A model generated the notes under the pieces. That model was not told where the DNA came from. It did not search any database and saw nothing but the letters and a program-made list of their open reading frames with translations. Positions 60,333-64,000 of a stretch of DNA of 64,000 nt are shown here, one piece after another (the stretch's first letter is position 1; every line of letters begins with the position of its first letter). The position numbers and the translations under genes are program-made. The DNA is from Laetmonice hystrix (taxonomy: Eukaryota), in contig OZ249436.1 of NCBI GenBank assembly GCA_965235115.1, forward strand, positions 42,782,001 through 42,846,000. The letters are read 5' to 3'.

Positions 60333-61769
60333 TAAAACTGGTAGCTCCCCCTACCGGCGAGATTATACCACCGGTAAAGTTCCACAGTTTAAGCTTGTCG
60401 AGGTTGTCGCGGAAGAATTTTAATGACGATAGGCATTATTAATTTTAACAAGTGTGGATCAGGATCGGTATTTTTGTAGGAACAATGAGATTATGTCATG
60501 CGCGTCTGATTGGCGTTGAACACAAGAAAATCATCCAATAAATGGCCAAACGTCGACAATTAACAATTCTTATTCCATTCTTCTGTTTATACTTTAAGCG
60601 CGATATTGTCTGAATTGAATGCTAAAATTGGCTTAAGACAGAACTCATTACAATACTTGAATAAAAATCTTGGCATCTAAATCTAATTGTGATACTACCA
60701 GCATGAATATGGTTGCAATGTTTGAGATTTCTCCTGTATTAGACCTTAGCCAGGCGGCCTTATCATCTCACGGTATACGCTAGGCCGTACGCCAAGTAGG
60801 CAGCATAATTATTGTTCCTTTACAAAATCTGTTTAAGCTGACTGGTCGCTAAACGTGAGGGTCTCCTCCGCTAGAACATGCTCAGAGCCACCTAGTGTCG
60901 TATTTGGTAACTAGGACCCTTCTCTAAATAGCACAGTGGACAGAGCAAGCCCCCACCCCACTCAGTCTCCGCCATCGCAGAACGCTGAAGGTAAATAGAT
61001 CGACTTGGGGTGTATGTCTAAAATATAGCCACGTGGGAATTCAAGGTCGGGTTAATGTGGAAAGTGTGAATAATCGAATAGAAAATTTTACCGCTTCAAC
61101 TTGTTCCCGCGTTCAGTTGATGGATTATGAATATCATTGGGGTCATTCCGGGGTTACGGGTTGACCTCTAGGGGTCAGGGCTAGTGTCAGCTGGCCAATG
61201 GGGGCTGGTGTTTAGCTTAGCCGTCTTCCCGCTTATCAAGCTCTGGTGAACGTCAATACGATTTGAACGTTATTTATCTTCGTCCCTTAAAAAAAGTCTG
61301 GAGCCAAACCGATGATGGCCCTCTGCGGAGTCCGTGATATTGATAGTGGGGGCGAGGGGTGAGGATGGGGTGTGGGTGGGGGTGGGGGTGGGGGTGGAAG
61401 GAAGGGGGCATTGGGACCGACTTCCCAGGACCGCATTGACTGGGCTTGGCCCTCCCGCCCAGCGATCAATGCCCAGTGAGATCAGTCGGCTGTCTGTAGG
61501 TTAAGATCCCCTAAGGTGTCCACACTGAAGACAAGCACTACCTCTCACCAAACCACCGTTTGAAAACGGCAGGTCGGCCAGTCCCTGTAAGCCGCTTGTG
61601 TCCGGCAAACTGCAGCGCCCCCTGTGAGCGTCTCCAGGGACTGCTGTGTGAACAATCGCTGATCCTTGATAGGATCAGTTTCTATGACCTGGTCCCCGAG
61701 CCATTGTCACTGTCTATGACCTGGTCCCCGAGCCATTGTCACTGGGTCACAGTTGGGGAGGATTCCTGA

Positions 61770-62781
61770 GAGATGGAGATTGTGTATCTATGAGAGGTGG
61801 CGCCTATATATGGAGATTGTGTATCTATGAGAGGTGGCGCCTATAGATGGAGATTGTGAATCCATGACAGGCGGCGCCTACAGATGGAGATTGTGTATCT
61901 ATGAGAGGTGGCGCCTATAGGTGGAGATTGTGTTGTGTATCCCTGACAGGTGGCGCCTATAGTATAGATGGAGATTGTGTATCTATCAGAGGTGGCGCCT
62001 ACAGATGGAGATTGTGTATCCATGAGAGGTGGCGCCTATAGGTGGAGATTGTGTATCCATGAGAGGTGGCGCCTACAGATGGAGATTGTGTATCTATGAG
62101 AGGGTGGCGCCTATAGATGGAGATTGCGTATCTATGAGAGGTGGCGCCTACAGATGGAGATTGTGTATCTATGAGAGGTGGCGCCTACAGATGGAGATTG
62201 TGTATCTATGATAGGTGGCGCCTATAGATAGAGATTGTGAATCCATGAGAGGTAGCTCGGACAGATGGAGATTGTGAATCCATGAGAGGTGGCGCCTATA
62301 GATGGAGATTGTGTATCCCTGACAGGTGGCGCCTATAGATGGAGATTGTGTATCCCTGACAGGTGGCGCCTATAGATGGAGATTGTGTATCCATGAGAGG
62401 TGGCGCCTATAGATGAAGATTGTGTATCCATGAGAGGTGGCTCGGACAGATTGAGATTGTGTATCCATGAGAGGTGGCGCCTATAGATGGAGATTGTGTA
62501 TCCATGAGAGGTGGCGCCTACAGATGGAGATTGTGTATCCATGACAGGTGGCGCCTACAAATGGAGATTGTGTATCTATGAGAGGTGGCGCCTATAGATG
62601 GAGATTGTGTATCTATGACAGGTGGCGCCTACAAATGGAGATTGTGTATCCATGAGAGGTGGCGCCTATAGATGGAGAATCCATGACAGGTGGCGCCTAC
62701 AGATGGAGATTGTGTATCCATGACAGGTGGCGCCTAGAGATGGAGATTGTGAATCCATGAGAGGTAGCTCGGACAGATGGA
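61770..62781. repeat. 37-bp minisatellite, ~27 copies
   Basis: Unit atgagaggtggcgcctatagatggagattgtgtatcc. Confidence 0.95.
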
Positions 62782-64000
62782 GTTTTCTTTAACCAACGTC
62801 TAGGCCCGTTTTTTTTCAAAGCTTAATAACTTGCTTCAGCTTAAACTTAAAGCCCCTGATTGACTGCATGGTCTGGTATAACCGGCCAGTCAGAAGCCCT
62901 AAGCTTCAGCAATATCTTAAGCTTTGCATAATATCCAGGCCCATGCAGACAACAACAACACGTATATGCCCCGTTATGAAGGGCCATATATCTGATATAA
63001 TTGGCCCCTACAGCCTCACCGTGGATGCTCAAGAGTAGTAGTAATATTTAGGTTTGGGTACAATAAGGCAGAACAGCGATATTGTCGCAATGGTTGATTC
63101 ATGGCTTTGCCGGCCCCGAGAGACCGACTTCCAATATCTTCAGGTCGAGTTTCTCAGCCACAGCCGGAGAAAGTCGTGGATATATGGGAGTCCATAAACT
63201 ATATCTGGGCCTTGGTCCTGTGTAGGTGTAATAGTAGGGACTCGCTCTCTCTCCAGTCCTGGCCGTATGGTCGTATTGATTCGCAATCATTACCATAGTG
63301 TATTTGTCGTCCGATTGCAAGATGTAAGCACTCGCATTAATATCGTGCCGCCTCCAGCTTAAATACCTCGCTCAACAAAACATTCATCGCCGCAAAACAT
63401 CGGTGGTATTTAGACAGGGAAAGGAACGGAAATTAAAAAAGCAGGACTGCAGGAAGAAAAGGAGACTGGGACATGAGGAGACGAGGTACTGAGAGACGCT
63501 GGTGGTGGTGGTGGGGAGGGTTGTAAAACTGGTCACACAGTGCGATAGACTGCTCAATATGGTGTGCTGTGTTAGCATATATGGCATTATATACAGGATT
63601 ATTCCCACAGGCTAATTTTCCCTCAGACTTGGGGAAGGGATGTTAGGGATAGGGCTAGCTGTAGGGATAAGTTTAATTGGAGGTTTGGGGAAGAGTGAAG
63701 AGTCTTTCCGCCAGATTTGTAGTTCTTCCAGATTTCGGGAGAACTTTGTCATGGGGAATCTACCACAGGTACAGGAACACATAATGTGAGAGGTGAACGC
63801 ATATTGGTCGCTGTAGCCGTTTACGAGGTAAGAAAAGAAGTCCCGCCCCATCTTTAAGCTCGCGGCGTGTACAATAACCGGCCCGGGGGGAGGTCCTATC
63901 CTTTCACCTCAGTGTATTTTTCGAAGATTTGAGCTTTTTTTCTAGTTTTCCTCTTAAAGTTTTATTTTTATAAAAACAATCGGATAGATAACATATATTT

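Noticed and set aside
1665..62781. CRISPR arrays
   Set aside because: All arrays are head-to-tail repeats without unique spacers; eukaryotic context; no cas genes.
63384..63851. Penelope-like retroelement remnant (LFPKPPI peptide)
   Set aside because: Only a 7-aa resemblance; no RT or GIY-YIG motifs visible.

Overview
Gene-dense eukaryotic (invertebrate animal, probably lophotrochozoan; inference) genomic DNA with spliceosomal GT-AG genes. I assembled these by hand. Minus strand: a perilipin(PAT)-like protein that runs off the left edge, a 2-exon vanin/biotinidase-family amidohydrolase and MRPS27. Plus strand, head-to-head with MRPS27: a TRAF6-like gene, SLC38A10 with a glutamine-rich tail, and exon 1 of an unusual gene in which a folate-receptor-family domain is fused in frame, through a second signal peptide, to a CACHD1/alpha2delta-like N-terminus. 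That gene's intron 1 appears to fill the rest of the window. About 25 unrelated minisatellite arrays and about 10 MITEs are present. Main pattern: of 16 non-coding arrays in the gene-dense 1-41 kb, 10 are tandem amplifications of a real exon-intron junction, found in all five multi-exon genes. They always grow into the intron, and the exon-proximal copy is the one that keeps the reading frame. Two more arrays abut an acceptor and one spans a stop codon. Other notable items: a ~46-copy GNRA-hairpin array, a convergent pair of composite CTCF-like modules flanking the TRAF gene, a 45-bp complete MITE, and strong TAGGCCTA over-representation. Most supplied ORFs are repeat or antisense artefacts. 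All coordinates and counts are by eye; no database searches were run.
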